A stretch of 32,000 bases of DNA from Candidatus Saccharimonadota bacterium (GTDB lineage Bacteria; Patescibacteriota; Gracilibacteria; UBA1369; 2-02-FULL-48-14): assembly GCA_965230905.1 (NCBI GenBank), contig OZ246396.1, forward strand, positions 810,001 through 842,000, read 5' to 3'. Both the position numbers and the translations under genes were made by a program. The notes under the pieces were generated by a model, which did not search any database, was not told where the DNA came from, and worked only from the letters and a program-made list of their open reading frames with translations. Numbering within the stretch: position 1 is the stretch's first letter; each line of letters begins with the position of its first letter. This document shows positions 24,774-31,728 of this stretch, in pieces.

Positions 24774-26150
24774 ATGAAGCGACCTCTCCTTCAGTTCACT
24801 GCGTACGCAATTCTGCTTAGTTTTGGTTTTTCGCTGACACACACGGCAGCGGCCAGTTTTTCGGATACGAATGAAAGTGAATACCGCGAAAGCATTGAAT
24901 TTTTGCAGGAGCAGGGCGTGCTGCAAGGTTATGGGGATGGAACGTTTAAGCCGGAGGCCAGCATCAATCGTGCCGAATTGGTTAAAATTGTGTTTGCGGC
25001 TTTGGATGTGGACGCGTCGCAGGGTGAGGGTGGCTGTTTCCCCGATGTGCAGCAGGAATGGTTTGCGCCCTACATTTGTCACGCCAAGGAACTCGGGATT
25101 GTGCAGGGTTACCCCGATGGTTACTACCACCCTGAACGCGAAGTGAATATGGTGGAGGCTTTTAAGATTGCGATTGAAGCGTTTGGACTTCCGCACGAGG
25201 AAGCGGCGGAAGGGGAGCAGTGGTACGTGCCGTACGTGGAATTTGTGCACAGCAACAACATTTTTTCTAAGTACGCGTATTTCCCCGATCGCAGCGCGCG
25301 GCGTGAAGAGGTGGCGTACAGCGTTCACCAAATGCTGCGCATTTTTAGCGGAGTGGAAGAAGTGGCGATGGAGCGCGATGTGCGGTCTGCCGGATGCAGT
25401 TCTGCTCAGCCCACCGTGGCGCCAGACACTTTTATTGTGGACGGCGTGAGTCGGTCCGCGATTGTGGTGATTCCCGAGGGCTACGACCCCGAAGAACCTG
25501 TTCCGCTTTTGTTTGCCTTTCATGGACGCACGAATGCCAATACCCAAGTGCGCAGCTACTATCGTTTTGAACGCGCCGCCGAAAACGAGGCAATTTTTGT
25601 GTACCCTGCCGGGATGAGCAATGGTTCCAGTTTCAATTGGGCGAATAGCGGTGACAGCGCCGATGAACTGCGGGACTATGAATTTTTTGACGTCATGTAC
25701 GAAGAGCTTACGACCAAATACTGTGTGAACGTGGATGAAGTTTATGCTGCCGGGCACTCACTGGGCGCGTGGTTCACCAATAGTTTGGCCTGCGCTCGCG
25801 GTGATAAGTTGCGCGGAGTAGCCACTTTGGGCGGAGCCCGCAGCACCGGTTCGTGTTCTGGTCCGGTGGCCGTGATGCAGTGGCACAACCCCGACGACAA
25901 CTTGGCGCCCTATTCCACCGGCGTGACTGCGCGCGATGACTATTTAGAACAAAACCAATGTTCCAATGTGAGCCTTCCCGTTGAACCGGCGTGGGGAAAC
26001 TGCGTGGAATATCAGGGCTGTTTGGAAGATGCACCGACGCTGTGGTGTCCGCACGGTATCGATACCGATGAATACTCCGGCGAATGGTATCCTCACACTT
26101 GGCCTAAGGATGCGGGCGCGGAGATGTGGTCGTTTTTGCGGGGACTTTAA
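24774..26150 (+). CDS. SLH-domain cell-wall-anchored esterase (PHB depolymerase/LpqC-like alpha/beta hydrolase)
   Basis: ATG at 24774 (MKRPLLQFTAYAILLSFGFSLTHTAAA, a signal peptide); the track start at 24759 is a GTG. Two N-terminal SLH-like units are present (FSDTNESEY...NRAELVKIV; FPDVQQEWFAPY...NMVEAFKIA). The C-terminal esterase has LLFAFHGRTN and the nucleophile elbow GHSLG. Confidence 0.8.
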   Translation: MKRPLLQFTAYAILLSFGFSLTHTAAASFSDTNESEYRESIEFLQEQGVLQGYGDGTFKPEASINRAELVKIVFAALDVDASQGEGGCFPDVQQEWFAPYICHAKELGIVQGYPDGYYHPEREVNMVEAFKIAIEAFGLPHEEAAEGEQWYVPYVEFVHSNNIFSKYAYFPDRSARREEVAYSVHQMLRIFSGVEEVAMERDVRSAGCSSAQPTVAPDTFIVDGVSRSAIVVIPEGYDPEEPVPLLFAFHGRTNANTQVRSYYRFERAAENEAIFVYPAGMSNGSSFNWANSGDSADELRDYEFFDVMYEELTTKYCVNVDEVYAAGHSLGAWFTNSLACARGDKLRGVATLGGARSTGSCSGPVAVMQWHNPDDNLAPYSTGVTARDDYLEQNQCSNVSLPVEPAWGNCVEYQGCLEDAPTLWCPHGIDTDEYSGEWYPHTWPKDAGAEMWSFLRGL

Positions 26151-26153
26151 AAA

Positions 26154-26186
26154 AATCCCCAGGTTTTACCCCAGGGATTCTTTTTT
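26154..26186. terminator. bidirectional terminator between the esterase and csp genes
   Basis: The interrupted stem pairs AATCCC (26154-26159) with GGGATT (26174-26179), plus an inner GG/CC pair. It is flanked by an A-run upstream and CTTTTTT downstream. A second hairpin, CTCAGC-TTC-GCTGAG (26194-26208), abuts the csp stop. Confidence 0.5.
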
Positions 26187-26210
26187 AGCTTAGCTCAGCT
26201 TCGCTGAGTG

Positions 26211-26474
26211 TTAAGCAGCCTGTTCTTCGTCAGAAGCTTCTTCATCAACGAAGTTGTCGTTGTTGTTAGCAGCTTCACCACCGTCCAATACCACGTTGAT
26301 GGCTTTTGGACCTTTTTCAGAAGATGCGGTTTCAAAAGAAACAGCGTCACCTTCGTGCATGTCCTTGAAGTTACCTTCAGAACAGTCGTTAGCGTGGAAG
26401 AAGATGTCCTTCTGTCCTTCGATGGAGATAAAACCGAATCCACGGTCGTCTAACTTTTTGATAATACCTTTCAT
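26211..26474 (-). CDS. cold-shock domain protein (CspA family) with an acidic C-terminal extension
   Basis: RNP1-like RGFGFI and RNP2-like DIFFHA are present. After the cold-shock domain of about 65 aa comes the tail GGEAANNNDNFVDEEASDEEQAA. Confidence 0.85.
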   Translation of the reverse strand: MKGIIKKLDDRGFGFISIEGQKDIFFHANDCSEGNFKDMHEGDAVSFETASSEKGPKAINVVLDGGEAANNNDNFVDEEASDEEQAA

Positions 26475-26588
26475 AGTGATAAGGTAAAAAAATAAATGTC
26501 CTCTAAGCGTCGAGTTGAGGAATTTATTTCTAAAACCTTAAAACTATACCTATTAGAAGTTGACTCTACACTTTAATACTGGGCGTGT

Positions 26589-27002
26589 CTAGTGGGCCGC
26601 TTCCCAATCGAGCATGGCTTTTTTGCGATCCAAGCCCCAGCGGTAGCCACCCAGTTTTCCACTGGAAGCCAGTACGCGGTGGCAGGGAATCAGAAAGGCG
26701 ATTTTATTTTTCCCACACGCGGTTCCCACGGCGCGCACGGCTTTGGGTGAACCCACACTGCGGGCGATGTCTGCGTAGCTGCGCGTTTGGCCCTTTGGAA
26801 TTTTTAAAAGCGCTTCCCAGACTTTCATTTGAAAAGGGGTGCCTTGAATACTCAGCGTCGGAGTTTCTCCTCTAAACAGCGAGTGCTCCGGCAGCGCAGC
26901 GCCCACTTCATCCACAAAAGAAAGTTCGCAGATACCTTCTTTGTTCATGCCGATGAGGCAGGGGCCAAAAGGAGACTGATAAATTGAACGAGTGATTTTC
27001 AT
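26589..27002 (-). CDS. ogt: methylated-DNA--protein-cysteine methyltransferase (Ogt/MGMT)
   Basis: The active-site PCHRV (IPCHRVLASSGKLGGYRWG) and the upstream HTH-like SYADIARSVGSPKAVRAVG are present. Confidence 0.85.
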   Translation of the reverse strand: MKITRSIYQSPFGPCLIGMNKEGICELSFVDEVGAALPEHSLFRGETPTLSIQGTPFQMKVWEALLKIPKGQTRSYADIARSVGSPKAVRAVGTACGKNKIAFLIPCHRVLASSGKLGGYRWGLDRKKAMLDWEAAH

Positions 27003-27457
27003 TAGTTAAGGCTTTCAAGAAATTGTTCGAGGTGAGCGAGCGTTTGTTTGCCGCCTTCAATGGCACCGTATTTTTCTATTTTCATATTGCGAATTTCGGC
27101 CGTGGGGAAGAGGGCTGTCATGGTGACGAGCGTCTTTCCATCTTGCTCTTCAAAAGTGATGGTGTTGCGGAATTGCTTTGGGTCTTCGAAGTCGCCATGA
27201 TCAAATACGAGGCGTTCCTGCGGCAGCACTTCTAGGTAAGAAATCAGGTTTGGCCAGTCGGTTCCGTCGGGGCCATGCATGTGGAAGCGCCAGGTGCCGC
27301 CGGGTTTCACTTCCATGGTCTCCGTGATATTAGTGAAGCCGTTCGGTCCCCACCATTTATCAATTTGCTCCGGATCTGTGAAGGCTTCCCACACACGTTC
27401 ACGGGGAGCGCTTATAAGACGAGAAGTAACGATTTCGCGATTAGTGGTCTCTGACAT
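27002..27457 (-). CDS. SRPBCC superfamily protein (AHSA1/Aha1-like domain)
   Basis: ITSRLISAPRERVWEAFTDPEQIDKWWGPNGF is typical of the AHSA1-type SRPBCC proteins commonly paired with ArsR regulators. Confidence 0.8.
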   Translation of the reverse strand: MSETTNREIVTSRLISAPRERVWEAFTDPEQIDKWWGPNGFTNITETMEVKPGGTWRFHMHGPDGTDWPNLISYLEVLPQERLVFDHGDFEDPKQFRNTITFEEQDGKTLVTMTALFPTAEIRNMKIEKYGAIEGGKQTLAHLEQFLESLN

Positions 27458-27458
27458 T

Positions 27459-27785
27459 TTATTCTGGGTTATTTAAATAGTTTTCTAAGGCATCGAAGCG
27501 GTCGTTCCACATTTTTTCGTAGAACTTAAGATATTCCGCCGCTTCTTTGAGCGTAGCAGGGGAGAGCTGGACGACCTGTTGTTTCCCTTTACGGTGCTTG
27601 ATGACGAGTTTGGCTTTCTCCAAAATTTTCAAATGTTTGGAAATGGCCGCCAGGCTGATTTTGTAGGGCTCAGCGATTTCATTCACCGAAAGTTCCTGCT
27701 CAGACACCCGTTTTAAAATATCGCGACGAGTGGGGTCCGCCAGGCAGCTGAAAATGTTATTGAGCTCTAAAGAATATTCAACCAT
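27459..27785 (-). CDS. ArsR/SmtB family transcriptional regulator
   Basis: The winged HTH reads IFSCLADPTRRDILKRVSEQELSVNEIAEPYKISLAAISKHLKILEKAKLV. Confidence 0.85.
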   Translation of the reverse strand: MVEYSLELNNIFSCLADPTRRDILKRVSEQELSVNEIAEPYKISLAAISKHLKILEKAKLVIKHRKGKQQVVQLSPATLKEAAEYLKFYEKMWNDRFDALENYLNNPE

Positions 27786-27793
27786 GTGGTTGA

Positions 27794-27822
27794 ATGATAG
27801 GGCTTGAGCGGAGCCAAGTCAA
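27794..27822 (-). promoter_or_regulatory. sigma-70 promoter of the arsR operon, leaderless geometry
   Basis: On the minus strand: TTGACT (27822-27817), a 17-nt spacer, then TATCAT (27799-27794), followed by only 8 nt before the ATG at 27785. Confidence 0.55.
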
Positions 27823-27877
27823 AGGGTTTTTACAAGGGGGCTATTTTATTATAGGATTCAGTCAATAATCCCATCTT

Positions 27878-28279
27878 ATGAAACTTTCAAAACTCGCTTT
27901 TAGCTTTTTACTTCTTGTTGGGTTAACTGGGTGCATGACACAAACCGCAGAAGTTCCCGCTGAGGATGAACTGGACCTGAACTTACAAGAATATTTTTCA
28001 CTGACCAGTACTATTCAAAATGACAGTGAGTACGGAGCCGGATACCTGAATGGTATGGAGCCTCCTGAAGGGTACGTGATTCTTAGTAATGAGGTGGATG
28101 CGCCGAGGGCTTTTTACTTAGATGGATTGGAGAAAGAGGGGGATTTTATTTGGATCTTGGCTGAAGAAGGCTATGAAGATAAAGAAGTGGTTTCCTTCTA
28201 CCTCAATCGAGTGGCTGGTCCACGAAGTGAACTCTACGGTCCTTTCTCCGCAGACTTAAATGCTTTGTTGGCTGAATAA
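27878..28279 (+). CDS. hypothetical lipoprotein
   Basis: The signal peptide has a lipobox (MKLSKLAFSFLLLVGLTGC). No domain is recognised. Confidence 0.65.
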   Translation: MKLSKLAFSFLLLVGLTGCMTQTAEVPAEDELDLNLQEYFSLTSTIQNDSEYGAGYLNGMEPPEGYVILSNEVDAPRAFYLDGLEKEGDFIWILAEEGYEDKEVVSFYLNRVAGPRSELYGPFSADLNALLAE

Positions 28280-28283
28280 AACT

Positions 28284-28910
28284 CTACTTTTCCTCAACCA
28301 AAAAGCTTGGTATGAAATACAAAATTGGCACCAGGACTAAGAGGACCAGTGACACATACACGTTCCAGGGAGTCACGAGTGCCGCCAGTATGTACGCACC
28401 TAGGCCCGGATAGCCGCGTCGGAGTTCACGTTTCCGGGTTTGCACCGAGATTTTTTTATCGACTAAGTCGCTGCGAAAAAACACATAATTCACCATCAGC
28501 AAAAAACTGCCCACGGCGGCGGCCATCACCAGTCCGTAAATGGAAATCACCCAGGGTTGCAGGGGGTTGTTTCCCAAAAAGTTCGTGATGAAGGGCATCA
28601 AAATAATCCAGAGCAAAAAAATATTGTTGTGCCAGAGCAGCTTCCAGTTGGTCGCCTTAAAGTTGTTGAAAAAGTGGTGATGGTTTACCCACAAAATGCC
28701 AAGTACAAAAAAGCTGATCAGAAAAATGATGAATTTGGGCGCTGAGTCCATGAGCACTTGGCCCACGGCCTCGTTGCTGAGGTCCGTGAGTTTTCCAAAG
28801 TTGAGGTCCAGTGCCAGCAGAGTTACCGAAAACGCAAAAATGCTGTCGCTAAAGGCTTCTACGCGACCCGTTCCTTCCACATTCTTTTCGAAAGCTTTTT
28901 TGAAGAGCAT
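28284..28910 (-). CDS. TMEM175 (DUF1211) family potassium channel homolog
   Basis: The TM1 signature is RVEAFSDSIFAFSVTLLALDL (RxxxFSD). It has six hydrophobic helices in 208 aa. TACCAT (28922-28917) ends 6 nt before the ATG. Confidence 0.8.
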   Translation of the reverse strand: MLFKKAFEKNVEGTGRVEAFSDSIFAFSVTLLALDLNFGKLTDLSNEAVGQVLMDSAPKFIIFLISFFVLGILWVNHHHFFNNFKATNWKLLWHNNIFLLWIILMPFITNFLGNNPLQPWVISIYGLVMAAAVGSFLLMVNYVFFRSDLVDKKISVQTRKRELRRGYPGLGAYILAALVTPWNVYVSLVLLVLVPILYFIPSFLVEEK

Positions 28911-29011
28911 GGGACAATGGTAGCAAAGAATTCAGGGATTTGTACATTCGTTCCACTTCCTGCCTTTGCTTCGCAAAGTGCTCACTTCGTTCACCAAATT
29001 TTCGTAGAAAA

Positions 29012-29056
29012 TTTCAGGAATTTGTCAGGTTTTTGTCAGAAATTTTTCTTTATAAT
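29012..29056 (+). promoter_or_regulatory. phased direct repeats plus a -10 box upstream of the MazF-like gene
   Basis: TTTCAGG (29012-29018) is followed by TTTGTCAG (29021-29028) and TTTGTCAG (29032-29039). The two TTTGTCAG copies are 11 bp apart and the degenerate first copy lies about 9-10 bp before them. TATAAT (29051-29056) follows, 21 nt before the ATG at 29078. Confidence 0.4.
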
Positions 29057-29077
29057 GTTAAAGACTTAAATTTATTT

Positions 29078-29470
29078 ATGCATGTTAAAAGATTTTTAGA
29101 ATGGATTGGATTAAAGGAGCGCTTGGATTCAAAAATATCAGGGGCACCTTTCGTAAACGAGGGTGAGATCTGGTGGGCTAGTTTAGGAGAAAATATTGGT
29201 TATGAAATTAATGGGAAGAGCAAAGATTTTACTAGGCCCATCATTATATTTAAAAAACTGACTCATGATTTTTATCTTGTAGTTCCTCTAAGTACTAAAA
29301 TGAAAAATGGGACATGGTACATTCCCTTTAAACAAAGAGGAGTTGAGATGGTTGCCTGTTTAAGCCAGGTAAGGTCTATTGATTATAGAAGGCTCCATTC
29401 AAAATTTGGAGAACTAGACCCCGAGGATTTTAAACGCATAAAAATGGGATTCCTGTCTCTTTATTCGTAA
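29078..29470 (+). CDS. PemK/MazF-family toxin-like protein (130 aa) with an N-terminal helical extension; no recognisable antitoxin adjacent
   Basis: GEIWWASLGENIGYEINGKSKDFTRPIIIFKK...LVVPLSTK...LSQVRSIDYRRL matches the MazF/PemK SH3-like barrel pattern (G-[DE]-[IV]-[WV], RP-[AVI]-[VIL], PLT/S, Q-[IV]-R-[ST]-[IV]-[DS]). The track start at 28940 adds 46 low-complexity residues. Confidence 0.7.
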   Translation: MHVKRFLEWIGLKERLDSKISGAPFVNEGEIWWASLGENIGYEINGKSKDFTRPIIIFKKLTHDFYLVVPLSTKMKNGTWYIPFKQRGVEMVACLSQVRSIDYRRLHSKFGELDPEDFKRIKMGFLSLYS

Positions 29471-29477
29471 AAATATC

Positions 29478-29497
29478 CCCCGCTATTTCTAGCGGGG
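29478..29497. terminator. perfect 8-bp hairpin between the convergent MazF-like and NYN genes
   Basis: CCCCGCTA-TTTC-TAGCGGGG. There is no T-run on the + side. On the minus strand it is followed by GATATTTTT. Confidence 0.45.
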
Positions 29498-29636
29498 TCG
29501 TGGGAAATTCCCAAAAGTATTTTCATTTTAACAAAGCCGTTTACTGAGTTCAAGTATTTGTTTGCCACAAGCGCTGAAATCAAGTACAATCTCCCAGTAA
29601 TCACCACGGAGAGCGCCTTTTAAGGGTCGGTCCTTA

Positions 29637-30146
29637 CTAGGTTCTCTCTTTTTTTGTGTGATTGTAGTAACTCAATTTGTTTCGCAGGTCACTTATGAAG
29701 GCGAGCGATTCGGATGGAAAGCGTTTTAGCAGCGCCGAGTAGGCTCGTTGATTGGGAATTAGCAGTTTGCTGAGCTTTTTCTCCTGAATTAGGTACTGCG
29801 CGAGGCAGTGAAAATCCCCGTCGCCGGTTACGATAACCGCTTTGTTGTAGTTTTTGGATTCGATCATGGCCTGCAGCACCAGTTCAGCGTCGCAGTTTCC
29901 TTTGGTGATGCCGTTGTGCACCAGAGTTGGCTTGTAGATGCAGGTGAAACCCGCCGCCGTGAGCGCTTTGTAGAGCTCGGCGTTTTCTTCAAGGAAGCCT
30001 ATGAATAGGAAGGCCTTGGAGATTTGATATTTATCCTTTAAATAAGCCCGGAACTTTTTGTAGTCCAGTTTCCAGCCCAGGTCCCTAATGCTTAAGTTGA
30101 GGTTCTGACCGTCTATAAACGCGTAATTGTTCTCTCTCTTTTTCAT
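29637..30146 (-). CDS. NYN domain (LabA/DUF88, PIN-like) ribonuclease-fold protein
   Basis: NYAFIDGQNLNLS at the N-terminus (first acidic site) and AVIVTGDGDFHCL (the GDGDF acidic site) are typical of NYN/LabA proteins. Confidence 0.8.
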   Translation of the reverse strand: MKKRENNYAFIDGQNLNLSIRDLGWKLDYKKFRAYLKDKYQISKAFLFIGFLEENAELYKALTAAGFTCIYKPTLVHNGITKGNCDAELVLQAMIESKNYNKAVIVTGDGDFHCLAQYLIQEKKLSKLLIPNQRAYSALLKRFPSESLAFISDLRNKLSYYNHTKKERT

Positions 30147-30229
30147 TTTTATTTTACTCTAACACTCTTAGTATACTCTTTTTTTGTTTAATTAGCTAAT
30201 ATCTGGATGTATCTCTAATCCACACCCAT

Positions 30230-30331
30230 ATGGCTAACAAAGAAAATTTCAAGCGCGATTCAGGCGGGAAAAAGCCTCAAAAGAGTAAGAAGGAGAAGAA
30301 AATGGCAAAACAGGCTAAAAAGAACGCTTAA
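30230..30331 (+). CDS. possible 33-aa basic peptide (below the ORF-track cutoff)
   Basis: Hand translation gives MANKENFKRDSGGKKPQKSKKEKKMAKQAKKNA*. Its stop (30329-30331) overlaps the stop of the convergent gene (30328-30330). No homology is recognised. Confidence 0.3.
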   Translation: MANKENFKRDSGGKKPQKSKKEKKMAKQAKKNA

Positions 30332-30810
30332 CTGTTGTAAGCGGCTTCCAAAGCAGCTAGGTCCAGTTTCTTCATTTGAAGCAGGGCGTGCATGACCTTT
30401 TGTGTTTTCACGGGGTCTGCTCCGCTCATGAGTTTGGTCAATTGCTTTGGAACGATCTGCCAGGAAAGTCCGAATTTGTCTTTGAGCCATCCACATTGGC
30501 TTTCTTCACCGTCTTTGGTGAGGGCGTCCCAGAAGTGGTCCACTTCGGCCTGGTCTTCGCAATCGATCATAAGGGAAACGGCTTCGGAAAACTTAAAAAG
30601 GGGTCCGCCGTTCATGGCTGTGAAACTTTGTCCGTCGAGTTCAAATTCCATAGTCAGGACGCTTCCCTCCGCTTGGCCGGAGACTTTGGCGCTCTCGGCG
30701 TCGTAGCGGAGCACGTTGCCTAGTTTGGAATTTTTAAAAAGAGACACATAGAACTCAGCGGCTTCTTCCGCTTGCGAGTCGAACCAAAGACAGGGAGAAA
30801 TTTTTTGCAT
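30328..30810 (-). CDS. VOC-fold protein of the PhnB / 3-demethylubiquinone-9 3-methyltransferase-domain family
   Basis: ISPCLWFDSQAEEAAEFYVSLF...MEFELDGQSFTAMNGGP...QCGWLKDKFGLSWQIVP is the characteristic PF06983-type sequence. ATG at 30810 is preferred over the track's 30876. Confidence 0.8.
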   Translation of the reverse strand: MQKISPCLWFDSQAEEAAEFYVSLFKNSKLGNVLRYDAESAKVSGQAEGSVLTMEFELDGQSFTAMNGGPLFKFSEAVSLMIDCEDQAEVDHFWDALTKDGEESQCGWLKDKFGLSWQIVPKQLTKLMSGADPVKTQKVMHALLQMKKLDLAALEAAYNS

Positions 30811-30814
30811 AAAT

Positions 30815-31207
30815 TTATTGCATAATGGGTTTAAGAACGCTGACACGGTTGCCCTCAGTGTCCATGAAACTTGCAAAGGTTCCGATACCCGGAATGTCCA
30901 TGGGTTCGGTTAGCATTTTTCCGCCGTTTGCTTTGATTTTTTCTATGGTGGCGTTTAGATCCTGCACAGCAATCACAAAGGAAGTCACGTTGGCGGCTTG
31001 GTCTTCGAGCTTTTTATAAAAACCTCCGTTGATCATGCCGGGCTCAGTGGGACGCCCATTTTCATCGCCTTGGCTGGTGGAAGCCACCATGTAGTCTCCC
31101 ATGGCCTCACCCATGTTTTGCATCTTCCAATCAAAAGTCTTGCTGTAAAAGTCAGACATGCGCTCACGGTTGTCGTAAGGCATTTCAAAATGAACAACGG
31201 GATCCAT
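30815..31207 (-). CDS. VOC/glyoxalase family protein
   Basis: VVHFEMPYDNRERMSDFYSKTFDWKM... and IPGIGTFASFMDTEGNRVSVLKP are typical of the family. It ends 4 nt before the next gene. Confidence 0.8.
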   Translation of the reverse strand: MDPVVHFEMPYDNRERMSDFYSKTFDWKMQNMGEAMGDYMVASTSQGDENGRPTEPGMINGGFYKKLEDQAANVTSFVIAVQDLNATIEKIKANGGKMLTEPMDIPGIGTFASFMDTEGNRVSVLKPIMQ

Positions 31208-31217
31208 AAAAGTGGGG

Positions 31218-31634
31218 TTAAAGTTTTTCGACGTATTTTTTAAAGTTGTCTAAAAAGGCCTGCCAGCCGCTGCGTTGCAATTCTTCGGAGTTTTCGCTTT
31301 CTGGATCAAAGGTTTCGATTACGTGCACACCTTCAGGTGTTTCTTCAAACGTGATTTTTACGTGACGACCGTCGCCCAAATCGTATTCAAGCAGTGCGTG
31401 TTCTTTCACGTCCGTGTAGATTCCGCCAAAGTCGAAGCTAAAACTATTGTCTTTTGCGTAGAGGTGGGTTTTAAATTCGCCGCCGGTACGTAAATCGTTT
31501 ACCGCGTCTTTTGCTGCCCAGTCATCGGAGGCAAAGGACCAACCCACAATGTGCTCAGGCTTGGTCCACGCGTCCCAAACTTTGGCTAGGGGAGCGTTGA
31601 CGGTGGTTTCTATAGTGATGGGCGATTTTTCCAT
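31218..31634 (-). CDS. SRPBCC superfamily protein (AHSA1-like), paralog-type of 27002-27457
   Basis: ITIETTVNAPLAKVWDAWTKPEHIVGW...GGEFKTHLYAKD... is typical of the family. ATG at 31634 is preferred; the track start at 31667 is a GTG. Confidence 0.8.
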   Translation of the reverse strand: MEKSPITIETTVNAPLAKVWDAWTKPEHIVGWSFASDDWAAKDAVNDLRTGGEFKTHLYAKDNSFSFDFGGIYTDVKEHALLEYDLGDGRHVKITFEETPEGVHVIETFDPESENSEELQRSGWQAFLDNFKKYVEKL

Positions 31635-31728
31635 AAGATGTTTTAAAAATACTTTAACAATATACACTTGTGATATATTCAGTATATCCGTTAATTTTTT
31701 TCTTATGGCTCCTGATCAATTCATAGTA

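Noticed and set aside
24699-25757. A 352-aa ORF on the minus strand, one of the longest in the track.
   Set aside because: It is entirely antisense to the well-supported SLH-esterase gene. Its translation is Arg/His/Phe-rich low-quality sequence with no motif. It is typical of a stop-free antisense frame.
28917-29069. A 50-codon frame (MVAKNSGICTFVPLPAF...) ending 8 nt before the MazF-like ATG, considered as a candidate antitoxin.
   Set aside because: It has a hydrophobic, Phe-rich, low-complexity translation with no RHH/AbrB/HTH character. The predicted TATAAT promoter and the direct repeats lie inside it. It remains worth an experimental co-expression test only.
30191-30200. A perfect 10-bp palindrome ATTAGCTAAT between the NYN gene and the 33-aa ORF.
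   Set aside because: It is a short palindrome in AT-rich DNA and could easily arise by chance. No second copy or associated regulator is evident.
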